Below are positions 56,357 to 64,000 of a DNA stretch of 64,000 bases, in pieces. Made by a program: the position numbers and the translations under genes. Each line of letters opens with the position of its first letter. Position 1 is the stretch's first letter. Source of the DNA: Clostridia bacterium (lineage in GTDB: Bacteria; Bacillota; Clostridia; UBA1212; UBA1255); assembly GCA_016287565.1 (NCBI GenBank), contig JAEFAM010000002.1:7648-71647 (forward strand), in the 5' to 3' direction. Under the pieces are notes generated by a model, which saw nothing but the letters and a program-made list of their open reading frames with translations, had not been told where the DNA came from and searched no databases.

Positions 56357-57358
56357 TCAGCCCAGCACGGCCTTCCTGCCGTACTCTTTCAGCATATCGA
56401 CGTATTTATGGTATCGCTCCAGCGGGCAATCCGGCGGCGTCTGGTGATCGACGCTGGGCACGAATCCGCCTGTCTTCATAACGGGCAGAAGCCGCTCGAA
56501 CTCCTGCCGCATGGCCTCGTCGCTCTCGCGCATGGTCATCTTGTCGAAGGCGCCGATGAACAGGAAATCCGGATGGGCTTCCCGAAGGGCCGCCACGTCC
56601 ACTCCCGCCTTGCGCTCCAGGGGCAACACTCCCTGTATCCCCGCGCGTTTCAGCCAGGGTATCATCTTGGAGATGTCGCCGTCGGAGTCGACAATGACTT
56701 TCGTCCCGTGTTCTCTTATGTACGGCACTATCTTGTTGTAGTACGGAAGCAGGAACTCGTCAAAGCTGTCTTCCGAGATCATCGGCCCGTTGTTGTAGCT
56801 CATATCCTCGCCGAAAGTCATGAATTCCGGCGTCAGCACGGAGTACAGTTTCTCCAGCGTCCTCATCTGGAATTCCGCCAGATCGTCGAGTATCCGGTGG
56901 TACAGCTCCGGCTGGTCGTAGAACGAATAAAGGTGGTTCTCGATGCCCAGGATCGTCCTGGGGAACCAGAAGCCGCCGTCAAGAGAGAACCAGATTGGAA
57001 ACTCTCCTGCGTCGTGCCTGCCCTTTAAAGTGCGTATAAATTCGATGATTCCGTCGATATCCTTGTCGGGATACAGGTACGGCAACAACTGCTCGTACCC
57101 TTCCTCGTCTTCGGCAATAGGTCCTCCGAAGGACGCAGGCTGGGGGCAATCGGCGTTTCTGTGCGGGAACCAGAACTGGTAATGCTGATCAAGCCCGAGG
57201 TACGGCGCGATCTCGTGGAACCCAAGTCCCGCGGGGAATCCCTGTCCGACCCACGCCTGGATCGTATCGCCCCACCAGGACGCCCACTCGACTGCCGGCA
57301 GCCTGTCGTCCGGCTTCTCGAAATTTAATACCGCCTGAAAACGTTCTCTGTTAGTCAA
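56357..57358 (-). CDS. UroD/MtaA-family methyltransferase, second paralogue; TTG start
   Basis: MTNRERFQAVLNFEKPDDRLP. Start codon TTG preceded by AGGGGGG Shine-Dalgarno. Confidence 0.65.
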   Translation of the reverse strand: MTNRERFQAVLNFEKPDDRLPAVEWASWWGDTIQAWVGQGFPAGLGFHEIAPYLGLDQHYQFWFPHRNADCPQPASFGGPIAEDEEGYEQLLPYLYPDKDIDGIIEFIRTLKGRHDAGEFPIWFSLDGGFWFPRTILGIENHLYSFYDQPELYHRILDDLAEFQMRTLEKLYSVLTPEFMTFGEDMSYNNGPMISEDSFDEFLLPYYNKIVPYIREHGTKVIVDSDGDISKMIPWLKRAGIQGVLPLERKAGVDVAALREAHPDFLFIGAFDKMTMRESDEAMRQEFERLLPVMKTGGFVPSVDHQTPPDCPLERYHKYVDMLKEYGRKAVLG

Positions 57359-57567
57359 CCGCGTTTCCCCCCTGTCGAACCGACGTTGCTTACTGTAAAA
57401 TTTTAGCGGTTCGGGCGGGCAAAGTCAAGGGAAAAGTCCGGGTTTTGAACAGTGGATAAAGGGTCAAACCGTGACGAAATAACCTTTTCGTCGCAGCGGC
57501 GTAACAAAACAACCGAAAGAATTTCTTCACGAAACTCTCAGAAGATCGAATAAGATCGAAAAAGATG

Positions 57568-57596
57568 TTGACACGGAATAGTTAATATAATATAAT
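57568..57596 (+). promoter_or_regulatory. Consensus sigma-70 promoter TTGACA-N17-TATAAT for tRNA-Ser
   Basis: TTGACA at 57568-57573 and TATAAT at 57591-57596. The tRNA begins 12 nt downstream. Confidence 0.7.
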
Positions 57597-57608
57597 CACT
57601 CCCGGCCT

Positions 57609-57697
57609 GGAGAAATCGCGTAGTTGGTCGAGCGCGCACGACTGGAAATCGTGTAACCGTCAGAAGCGGTTCGAGGGTTCGAATCCCTCTTTCTCCG
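57609..57697 (+). tRNA. tRNA-Ser (anticodon GGA)
   Basis: Acceptor GGAGAAA/TTTCTCC, anticodon stem CACGA/TCGTG with loop CTGGAAA, long variable arm ACCGTCAGAAGCGGT, T-arm GAGGG-TTCGAAT-CCCTC, discriminator G, no encoded CCA. Confidence 0.9.
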
Positions 57698-57700
57698 TAC

Positions 57701-57736
57701 GAAAAAACACCACCCAACCGGGTGGTGTTTTTTCGT
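57701..57736 (+). terminator. Rho-independent terminator of tRNA-Ser
   Basis: AAAAAACACCACCC-AACC-GGGTGGTGTTTTTT perfect hairpin with a U-run. Confidence 0.85.
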
Positions 57737-57842
57737 ACAACCGAGGGGATTCGAACCGTCCCTTCTTCCCCTTGTTGCCGCCCCGTTCTTTCCCGCCTCT
57801 CTCCCCGCTTCTTGCCATCTCCCCCTCCGCCATGCTATAATA

Positions 57843-58739
57843 TTGACCGACGAGAACGCACAAAGGCTCACACAGACGCAAGGCATACCCGCTCGGGAAA
57901 GGAGGGACGGCGCAGTGTATCATATGTTTTACGGGATATTGACCATCCTGAACCCGGTCACCGTGATCATTTTCGGCACAAAGGTAAAAGACATCGACTT
58001 CTACGAAAAAGCGTACGCGTTTCCTAAAAAGGAGAAGCTGCAGATCGCGTGCTTCGTATCGATGATATTGACCATGACCATCCCCTTCTTAATCCTCCCG
58101 CTCATACTGGCCCTCCTTTCGTCCGCAGAAGATTCGTCGGTCCACCCCGACACGGCGCTCATCCTGGTCACCGGAGCCATATTGTTGTCCGTGGCGCTGC
58201 CGTTCATTGCCGCCGCCATCGCCGAATCCATCATCTTCATAGGCTGGACAAAAGGCTACAAAAAATACATGCCCTGGCTGATGGCAGGGATCGACTACGT
58301 AATGATGTTCCTGAGCATGCTCTTGACGCTGCTCGTACTGTCGCTGTTCCTGGGCGAAAAGGCGGTGACCCTCGACATAGCCGCCGCGGCCCGCAGGGCG
58401 CCGATCAATATTTCAGATTACACGCTGGTATTCCTGTCGATCGCCATGATGCAGACCGTATCGTTCCTGCTGCTGGCGCTGAAAGAACTGATCAACGGGC
58501 TCCTCTTCCGCTGCAGGATCGGCCGGATCATAAAAGAGCTGATCATGGCCGGAGTCAATCTCATCCTGGCCGCCCTTATTTATCTGATCGGGGCAATGCT
58601 GGAGCCTGAGCTGCCGGAGGCGCTGGTCTCGTTCATACTTCTCGCGGGCGTCAACGTCGCCTGCACGATCATCCTGTACCGCCTCATCCGCCATGGCCGC
58701 CTGGGAGCCGCCCGGGAAACAACTCAGAAAGCCCTTTAA
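57843..58739 (+). CDS. Hypothetical polytopic membrane protein (about 8 TM helices)
   Basis: Hydrophobic helices throughout, no motif. Likely start at MFYGIL (57919). Confidence 0.5.
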   Translation: MTDENAQRLTQTQGIPARERRDGAVYHMFYGILTILNPVTVIIFGTKVKDIDFYEKAYAFPKKEKLQIACFVSMILTMTIPFLILPLILALLSSAEDSSVHPDTALILVTGAILLSVALPFIAAAIAESIIFIGWTKGYKKYMPWLMAGIDYVMMFLSMLLTLLVLSLFLGEKAVTLDIAAAARRAPINISDYTLVFLSIAMMQTVSFLLLALKELINGLLFRCRIGRIIKELIMAGVNLILAALIYLIGAMLEPELPEALVSFILLAGVNVACTIILYRLIRHGRLGAARETTQKAL

Positions 58740-58941
58740 AGGCACGGTCAACGCAGGAGGCATCACGACACCCTCATTGCCGGAAAACCGCTTAAAAGCC
58801 GTTCCAGAGGCCTCAGGAAGCGTCCCGCAAAGAGGTCGCGGTCACGAGCTTCATAATGACTCCAAATAACAAAAAAATATGCCCTGCAGGACCGCTCCCG
58901 CAGGGCATCTTGCTCAAAGGGCCATTGCCCTTTTCACGTTA

Positions 58942-60186
58942 TCAATAAGCGAAATACTCGTGGATCCCCAGATCTTTGCAGAACCAGCTGGAACCGGGAG
59001 CCTCGGACTGGTTGGTGAATCCTTCTCCGCCGCCCAGCACCGCGAACATGCCGTAGTACAGTTTCTCCACGCCGTACTCGAACTCGGCCGCGTCAGCCAC
59101 GTCGGTAACTTTGAAGAAGTCGACGGGCAGCTTGAACTCTGCGGTAAACGTGGTACCGTCAACCACTACTTTGTACTCGATAGATTCGGTGATATCCACG
59201 CCGGCGGCGCTGTCGTCATCCTTCAGGGCAGTCTTGTGGTTGTGCTGCAGGAACGTGAGGCTGTCGCCCAGGACTACGGTGAGGAACAGTCCGGGAACTT
59301 CTTCGAGGCGGGCGCCGGGGTTGAAGTTCAACTGCACCATCTCGCCCGCGTTGAGGCCGGTGCCGACGAAACCAACGTACAGGCCGTCTTCCTTCTGGCT
59401 CATATAGTAAGTGATCGTCCGCTTGGCCATCTTGGAACCGGTCCAGGTCTTGGCGTTGTTCTTGTCCATCGTGAAGCAGGTATTGTACTCGCCTACGCCG
59501 ATAGTGCCGTCGATGGCGGCTTCAGCGGCTTCGGGGCCGTCGTAGAACAGCACGAAGGGCGCCGTTTCAAGGTTCAGATAATAAAGTCCGCTCTCGACCT
59601 TGGCAACGATCTTGAGCTCGTGCTGAGCTCCGGCCAGGTGCGACACGGGAATGTCTACGCTGAAGCGCTGGGCAAATTCGCCGCCCGCAGCCTTGACTTC
59701 GGGCTGAGTGGTCTCAAAGAAAGAGGTGCTGAGCACTACGGGGCCCTGATCGATCTGGTAACCGATGGAGAGCAGTTCTTCTTCTATGAAGCCGAGCCAG
59801 CCGCGCATAGTGACGGTATTGGTCTTGCCGTCTTTGCCGTCGATGGTGTCTTCTATGTCAAGCCTGTAGGAACTGACTGTACCGTCGGCAAGGATCTTGC
59901 CGTTCTGCTTGATCGTATCGAAGGAGACTGCCTTTATCTCGGCTTCTTCCTGGTCGAGTATCTCGTATCTGTAAGGATCCGGATAGGGCTCGGGAGTGGG
60001 TTCGGGCGTAGGAGTGGGAGCTTCCGTGGCGGGCGCTTCCGTAACAACCGGCGCTTCGGTGGCGGCTGGAGCTTCGGTAGCCGGGACTTCGGTAGGCTGA
60101 GCGTCTTCCTGAGGCGCCTTGGCGCAGCCTGCGAACAGAGCGGCGGCCAGTGCCAGTGACAACACTATGGCTATGATCTTTTTCAT
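58942..60186 (-). CDS. Lipoprotein of the same paralogous surface-protein family (domain A homologue)
   Basis: Lipobox LFAGC. PT/E-rich linker (TEAPATEAPTPTPEPTPEP). NTVTMRGWLGFIEEELLSIGYQIDQGPVVL resembles domain A of 50120..51394. Start at ATG 60186 with GGAGG Shine-Dalgarno. Confidence 0.6.
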   Translation of the reverse strand: MKKIIAIVLSLALAAALFAGCAKAPQEDAQPTEVPATEAPAATEAPVVTEAPATEAPTPTPEPTPEPYPDPYRYEILDQEEAEIKAVSFDTIKQNGKILADGTVSSYRLDIEDTIDGKDGKTNTVTMRGWLGFIEEELLSIGYQIDQGPVVLSTSFFETTQPEVKAAGGEFAQRFSVDIPVSHLAGAQHELKIVAKVESGLYYLNLETAPFVLFYDGPEAAEAAIDGTIGVGEYNTCFTMDKNNAKTWTGSKMAKRTITYYMSQKEDGLYVGFVGTGLNAGEMVQLNFNPGARLEEVPGLFLTVVLGDSLTFLQHNHKTALKDDDSAAGVDITESIEYKVVVDGTTFTAEFKLPVDFFKVTDVADAAEFEYGVEKLYYGMFAVLGGGEGFTNQSEAPGSSWFCKDLGIHEYFAY

Positions 60187-60413
60187 GATTTTTTCCTCCA
60201 AAACATTGATTTTTGGTTTGTTCCGGTCAATTATACACCATATTTTCCCTGCGTACAATATATTTATCCGCACGTTTACCGTTCCGTCACCGCGATTCAG
60301 CCTCGATCTGCCGTTGACGCCGTCTTTACTCCGCCTCGCTTTTTTGCTAAAATACGCCTGCCAACGGGGCGCGGCGGCGACCCGCGCACGTCAACGGTCG
60401 GAGGCCTGTCTTA

Positions 60414-61523
60414 ATGAAAAAACGCGTCATAATAACATTGTCACTGCTTCTTGCCGCCGGGATATGCGTCGGACTGCTGTTCCTGTCGAGACTCGCTCCG
60501 GAATTTGTCACCAACTTCTACACCAGAAACGTTTTCAGATATATATCGCTGCCAATAAAATGGCTGGTGAACCTGGTCCCCTTCTCGGTGGCCGAGATAC
60601 TGCTCATAATTGCCGCGGTGGCGCTGCCGGTGGTCCTCATAATCACCGTGATACGGTGCTTCTACTACAGATCCGCCAGGCCCGCCGCCAAATACGGGCT
60701 CCATCTGGTATCCCTTGCCTCGGTCATACTTATTATGTACGTGCTGTTCGGCGGGTTCAACTACAACGCGTTGACCTTTGCCCGGAGGTACGGGTACGAC
60801 GTAAGGGAGTCGACGGTGCAGGAACTCATGGACCTGTGCGTCTGTCTCAATGAAAAAGCCGCGGAATGCAGGAACGACCTGGCCACAGACGAGAACGGCG
60901 TCGTGACCACCGATATGACGGTATACGAGATGATAGAGAAAGCCGGGGCCGGTTACGAAGCCATCAGCGGCCGTTTCCCCGAATTCGGCAGCTTTTATCC
61001 CAAGGCAAAGCCCGCGATCCTTTCCGAGGGGATGTGCTACCTGATGATCTCGGGGATCTACCCTTACATAATCCCGGAAGCGGTGGTCAATTACAAGACT
61101 CCCTCTGCGGAACTGCCCCACACCATCTGCCACGAAATGGCCCATCAGCGGGGCGTGGCGAGGGAGGACGAGGCCAACTACGTAGGCTATCTTGCGGCGG
61201 TCAACAACCCGGACGTTTTCTTCCGCTATTCCGGCTATATGGAAGCGCTTTCATACTGCCTCAGCGCCCTCGGAAGAGCCAGTTCCGTGGCATACGATCA
61301 GGTCCGTCCCCTGATCCATAAAGGGATCATGAAAGACCTCTCCGCGGCAAGCGCTTTCTGGAGCAGTTTCGAAGAAAAAAACGAACTGCCGGCGAAGATA
61401 TCGGCGGCAGTCAATGATACGTATTTACAGATCCAGAACATTCCGGACGGCACCAGGAGCTACGGCAGAGTGGTGGACCTGCTGCTGGCGGAATACCGGG
61501 CGGAGTTGTCCGGCGATTCCTAA
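60414..61523 (+). CDS. DUF3810-family membrane protein with a HExxH zinc-metalloprotease-like motif
   Basis: N-terminal TM helices, HEMAHQRG motif, size and layout typical of DUF3810. Confidence 0.6.
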   Translation: MKKRVIITLSLLLAAGICVGLLFLSRLAPEFVTNFYTRNVFRYISLPIKWLVNLVPFSVAEILLIIAAVALPVVLIITVIRCFYYRSARPAAKYGLHLVSLASVILIMYVLFGGFNYNALTFARRYGYDVRESTVQELMDLCVCLNEKAAECRNDLATDENGVVTTDMTVYEMIEKAGAGYEAISGRFPEFGSFYPKAKPAILSEGMCYLMISGIYPYIIPEAVVNYKTPSAELPHTICHEMAHQRGVAREDEANYVGYLAAVNNPDVFFRYSGYMEALSYCLSALGRASSVAYDQVRPLIHKGIMKDLSAASAFWSSFEEKNELPAKISAAVNDTYLQIQNIPDGTRSYGRVVDLLLAEYRAELSGDS

Positions 61524-61562
61524 AGCTCTAAAAACTCCTGATCATCTGATACTCTTTTATTT

Positions 61563-62921
61563 TTATCCCCCGTACAGCACTTGCCATTTCTCGTTGCACT
61601 GCTGCTCGATCTTGGCCAGCGTGTCGCGGTAATCGGCTCTGCCCGAGAAATAGAGCGTGAACACGGAGCCGATCTGGTTCCTGATTATCGAGGCGATGTC
61701 CGCAGGCATCAGGCACTCGAACTTGCCGACAACGTCGTTGTCCGGGTAGCTGACGAAGGCGTCGTAGTTGGTGTCGTCCTTGCCGCCCACGCGCCAGAAG
61801 CTGTCGAGAGCCAGGGACCTGACGTTGGGCACCGAGCCGCCTATCTGGCCGTTGTACGCGATCTGTCCCTCTTCGGTATAGAAGAACAGCGCCAGCGCGG
61901 CCGCGGCGTCGGGATTGTTGGTCCTGTTGTAGACTCCGAATCCGGTGGCTCCGGCGCCTACCGCATGGACGGGATATGCGTAATAATCCGCCACGTTCCA
62001 GTCGACGTTGTAGCTCTCGTATTCTTTGGCCCTGTTGGCCACCTCGGGGAACACGCAGGTGTTGAAGACGCAGCGGATGGTGTTGTTGGCCACCCTGCTG
62101 TAACGGGAAGCGATCTCTCCGGTGGCGCCGGTGGGAATGATATATCCCTTCTCCATCAGGCCGATTATCTCGCCGATGCCCTCGATCACCTCGTCGGAAG
62201 TAAGGTTGATCTTTTTATTGACCGTATCCACCCATTTGCCGCCCCAGCCCTGAAGCACGGGGATGATGGTGGGACCGTAGCTGAAATCGATCTGGGCGCC
62301 TACCTGCTCGTAGTAGCCGTCGTCGCCGATTATTGTCAGTTTTTCGCAATAATCCTTGAAGTCGTCCCAGGTCCAGCCCTTCGGAGGATCGGTCAAACCG
62401 GCGGAGGTCAATGCGTCGCGGTTGTATATCAGCGTCAGGTGCGTGTGGTCCCTGGCCACCATATAGATGTTGCCGTCAACTCTTCCCAGGTCCATCGTGC
62501 CGGAGTAGATGTTGCCGATGTCGATGCCCAGAGGATCCAGGTACTGGGTCAGATTCATCAGGGCGTTGTTGGATACGGCGTAGCTGTAGGTGTCTTCCTC
62601 CCAGAAGAAGAACACGTCGCCGATGTCGCCGGAAGCGATCCTGTTGGCGGTGCTGCCCTGGTCCGTGATAGTGATGTCCACGTTGACCTTCGTGCCCGGA
62701 TAATGGCTCTCGAAAGCCGCGGCCAGCGCCCTTATGGACGTCTTGCCCTCTTCGCCGGCGGAATTGTACGCGGAAATGGTCAACGTGCCCTTGACCGTCG
62801 GAACGTAATCCTTTTCGAGTATGCCCGTCTGCACGACTTCGGTCCTGCAGGAGACGCACGAAAACAGAGCCGCGGCGGCAAGGAGCAGCAGCAAAACGAT
62901 CTTGCATTTTTTCATATGCAT
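61563..62921 (-). CDS. ABC transporter extracellular solute-binding lipoprotein (family 1, carbohydrate type)
   Basis: Lipobox (LFSCVSC) and a periplasmic-binding-protein fold pattern of about 430 aa. Confidence 0.65.
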   Translation of the reverse strand: MHMKKCKIVLLLLLAAAALFSCVSCRTEVVQTGILEKDYVPTVKGTLTISAYNSAGEEGKTSIRALAAAFESHYPGTKVNVDITITDQGSTANRIASGDIGDVFFFWEEDTYSYAVSNNALMNLTQYLDPLGIDIGNIYSGTMDLGRVDGNIYMVARDHTHLTLIYNRDALTSAGLTDPPKGWTWDDFKDYCEKLTIIGDDGYYEQVGAQIDFSYGPTIIPVLQGWGGKWVDTVNKKINLTSDEVIEGIGEIIGLMEKGYIIPTGATGEIASRYSRVANNTIRCVFNTCVFPEVANRAKEYESYNVDWNVADYYAYPVHAVGAGATGFGVYNRTNNPDAAAALALFFYTEEGQIAYNGQIGGSVPNVRSLALDSFWRVGGKDDTNYDAFVSYPDNDVVGKFECLMPADIASIIRNQIGSVFTLYFSGRADYRDTLAKIEQQCNEKWQVLYGG

Positions 62922-62971
62922 ATCAGACCTTTCGTTTTAAGAATCAAGGAAGGTCAGGATTTCAAAAAAGG

Positions 62972-64000
62972 TCAATTGAACACGTCCGGAAGGTAATCCA
63001 TGGGATCCCTGGTCTCGCCGTCGATACGGATCTCGAAGTGAAGGTGAGGTCCGGTGGAAACGCCGGTGGAACCGACAAGGGCAATCCTCTGCCCGCGATC
63101 TACGTAATCTCCTTTTTTAACCAGGAGTTTGGAGCAATGGCCGTAAAGCGTGGTCATTCCGTCGCCGTGATAAATAAGTACGTACCAGCCGTACGAATCG
63201 TTCCATTCGGCCTTGGTAACGGTGCCGCTGAGGGCAGCCACGATATCCGTGCCTTCGTCAGCAGCAATGTCGATGCCGTTGTGGAATTTTCTGGTCTTAT
63301 ATATGGGATGGATCCTCCATCCGTAAGGAGAACTGATCCTGCGCCCCTTCACGGCCGGGAACACCATTTTGGATTCGTCTTCGGGCACCCGGGAATTGAG
63401 TTCCTCCTGCCTGGCCCTTTCGGCCTCTTCTCTGGCACGGCGCTCTTCTTCCTCTTTCTGCCTGCGCTGCTCTTCGAGGATCCTGTCGTATTCGGCCCTT
63501 AAAGCCTTGATCTCCCTGGTGAGTTTTTCGGATTCCTGCTCCAGCTGGGATTCCTGGACTTCCAGGGCCTCGATGGCACTCCTGCTGGCGATCATATCTT
63601 CTTCCAGTATCTCCTGGTTCTGCCTGATCTTTTCGATGATGGCTTCCTTTTCGGCTATGGCGGCTTCCATATCCACGGTCATCGCTTCAGCCATTGCTTT
63701 CTTGGTCTCCAGGTCCTTCTTCATAAGGACGAGGCGCTCCATCTCGGCCTTGTCGCATTCGAGCATGTTGGACACGAGCCTGGTGAGGTCGGTGTATGTG
63801 AAAATGCTCTTGGCTTCGGTGAACAGTTTCAAAGCGCTGTATCCGGAATATCTGCTGGTGACGGCGGCTCTCTTGTAGAACAATGCCAGCGCTTCGTCAT
63901 ACTCCGCCTGGGTGTCCTCTATGACTTTCTGAAGGGAAAGGATCGATTCGTACATATCTTCCAGATCGTCGATCTGAGCCTGGAGCTCGTCGGCGTTCCG
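62972..64000 (-). CDS. M23-family metallopeptidase with an N-terminal coiled coil (EnvC-like); N-terminus lies beyond the window end
   Basis: LytM motifs HNGIDIAA, HLHFE, and the long EEQRRQKEEEERRAREEAE coiled coil. The reading frame is open through position 64000. Confidence 0.75.
   Translation of the reverse strand, partial: RNADELQAQIDDLEDMYESILSLQKVIEDTQAEYDEALALFYKRAAVTSRYSGYSALKLFTEAKSIFTYTDLTRLVSNMLECDKAEMERLVLMKKDLETKKAMAEAMTVDMEAAIAEKEAIIEKIRQNQEILEEDMIASRSAIEALEVQESQLEQESEKLTREIKALRAEYDRILEEQRRQKEEEERRAREEAERARQEELNSRVPEDESKMVFPAVKGRRISSPYGWRIHPIYKTRKFHNGIDIAADEGTDIVAALSGTVTKAEWNDSYGWYVLIYHGDGMTTLYGHCSKLLVKKGDYVDRGQRIALVGSTGVSTGPHLHFEIRIDGETRDPMDYLPDVFN

Noticed and set aside
57360-57560. 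Cobalamin riboswitch in the leader of the corrinoid methyltransferase operon
   Set aside because: I looked for the B12 box (GCCACUG) on the transcribed (minus) strand. Only a partial CCACTG without the conserved flanks is present. This is not convincing without a covariance-model search.
57740-57775. Second tRNA gene on the minus strand after the tRNA-Ser terminator
   Set aside because: It has a TTCGAA T-loop-like core, but the flanking T-stem and acceptor sequences do not pair. No anticodon arm can be drawn.

Overview
This is a 64 kb chromosomal segment with high GC (about 60%), consistent with a Clostridia-type gut anaerobe; the taxon is my inference from gene content and is not verified. 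Most genes lie on the minus strand in tight operon-like arrays. Housekeeping genes found, in order: polA (5' end), an NYN-LOTUS protein, an RluA-family pseudouridine synthase, murB, hprK, a UDPGP-family pyrophosphorylase, alr, nnrD, rho, a DnaD-like/DnaC-like helicase-loader pair, upp, tsaC/sua5, prfA, a dGTPase, prfB (with the classical +1 frameshift), an RNase R-like gene, secG and tRNA-Ser(GGA). Accessory content: a GH3/GH51/L-fucose-isomerase glycan-utilisation operon, a sialate-O-acetylesterase-like lipoprotein, an acyl-CoA synthetase, trkAH, a sortase B plus LRR protein, a CpsBCD capsule tyrosine-kinase module, and a corrinoid-dependent methyltransferase operon (two UroD-family methyltransferases, a corrinoid protein, a Cys-rich protein and the RACo activase). 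There is also a family of paralogous surface-anchored proteins, an ECF sigma factor co-transcribed with a YD-repeat membrane protein, a DUF3810 protein, a sugar ABC binding protein and an M23 peptidase. No transposase, integrase, CRISPR or obvious defence genes were seen. The most unusual signal is non-coding. Five intergenic loci (around 13.5-14.6 kb, 21.2 kb, 24.5 kb, 26.8 kb and 38.8-39.3 kb) carry arrays of 11-18 nt mini-hairpins. Conserved octamers (GTGATATT/GCTAAATT and their complements AATATCAC/AATTTAGC, period about 20 nt) separate these mini-hairpins, and their orientation often switches within a locus. Embedded in the arrays are two conserved longer hairpin classes and an 83-bp triplicated repeat. 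A separate 470-bp intergenic block at 44.2-44.6 kb consists of heptanucleotide tandem repeats in alternating orientation. Three islands of lower GC (3986-4760, 21130-24400, 51400-52440) suggest acquired DNA. All product calls rest on motif recognition by eye, not on database searches.
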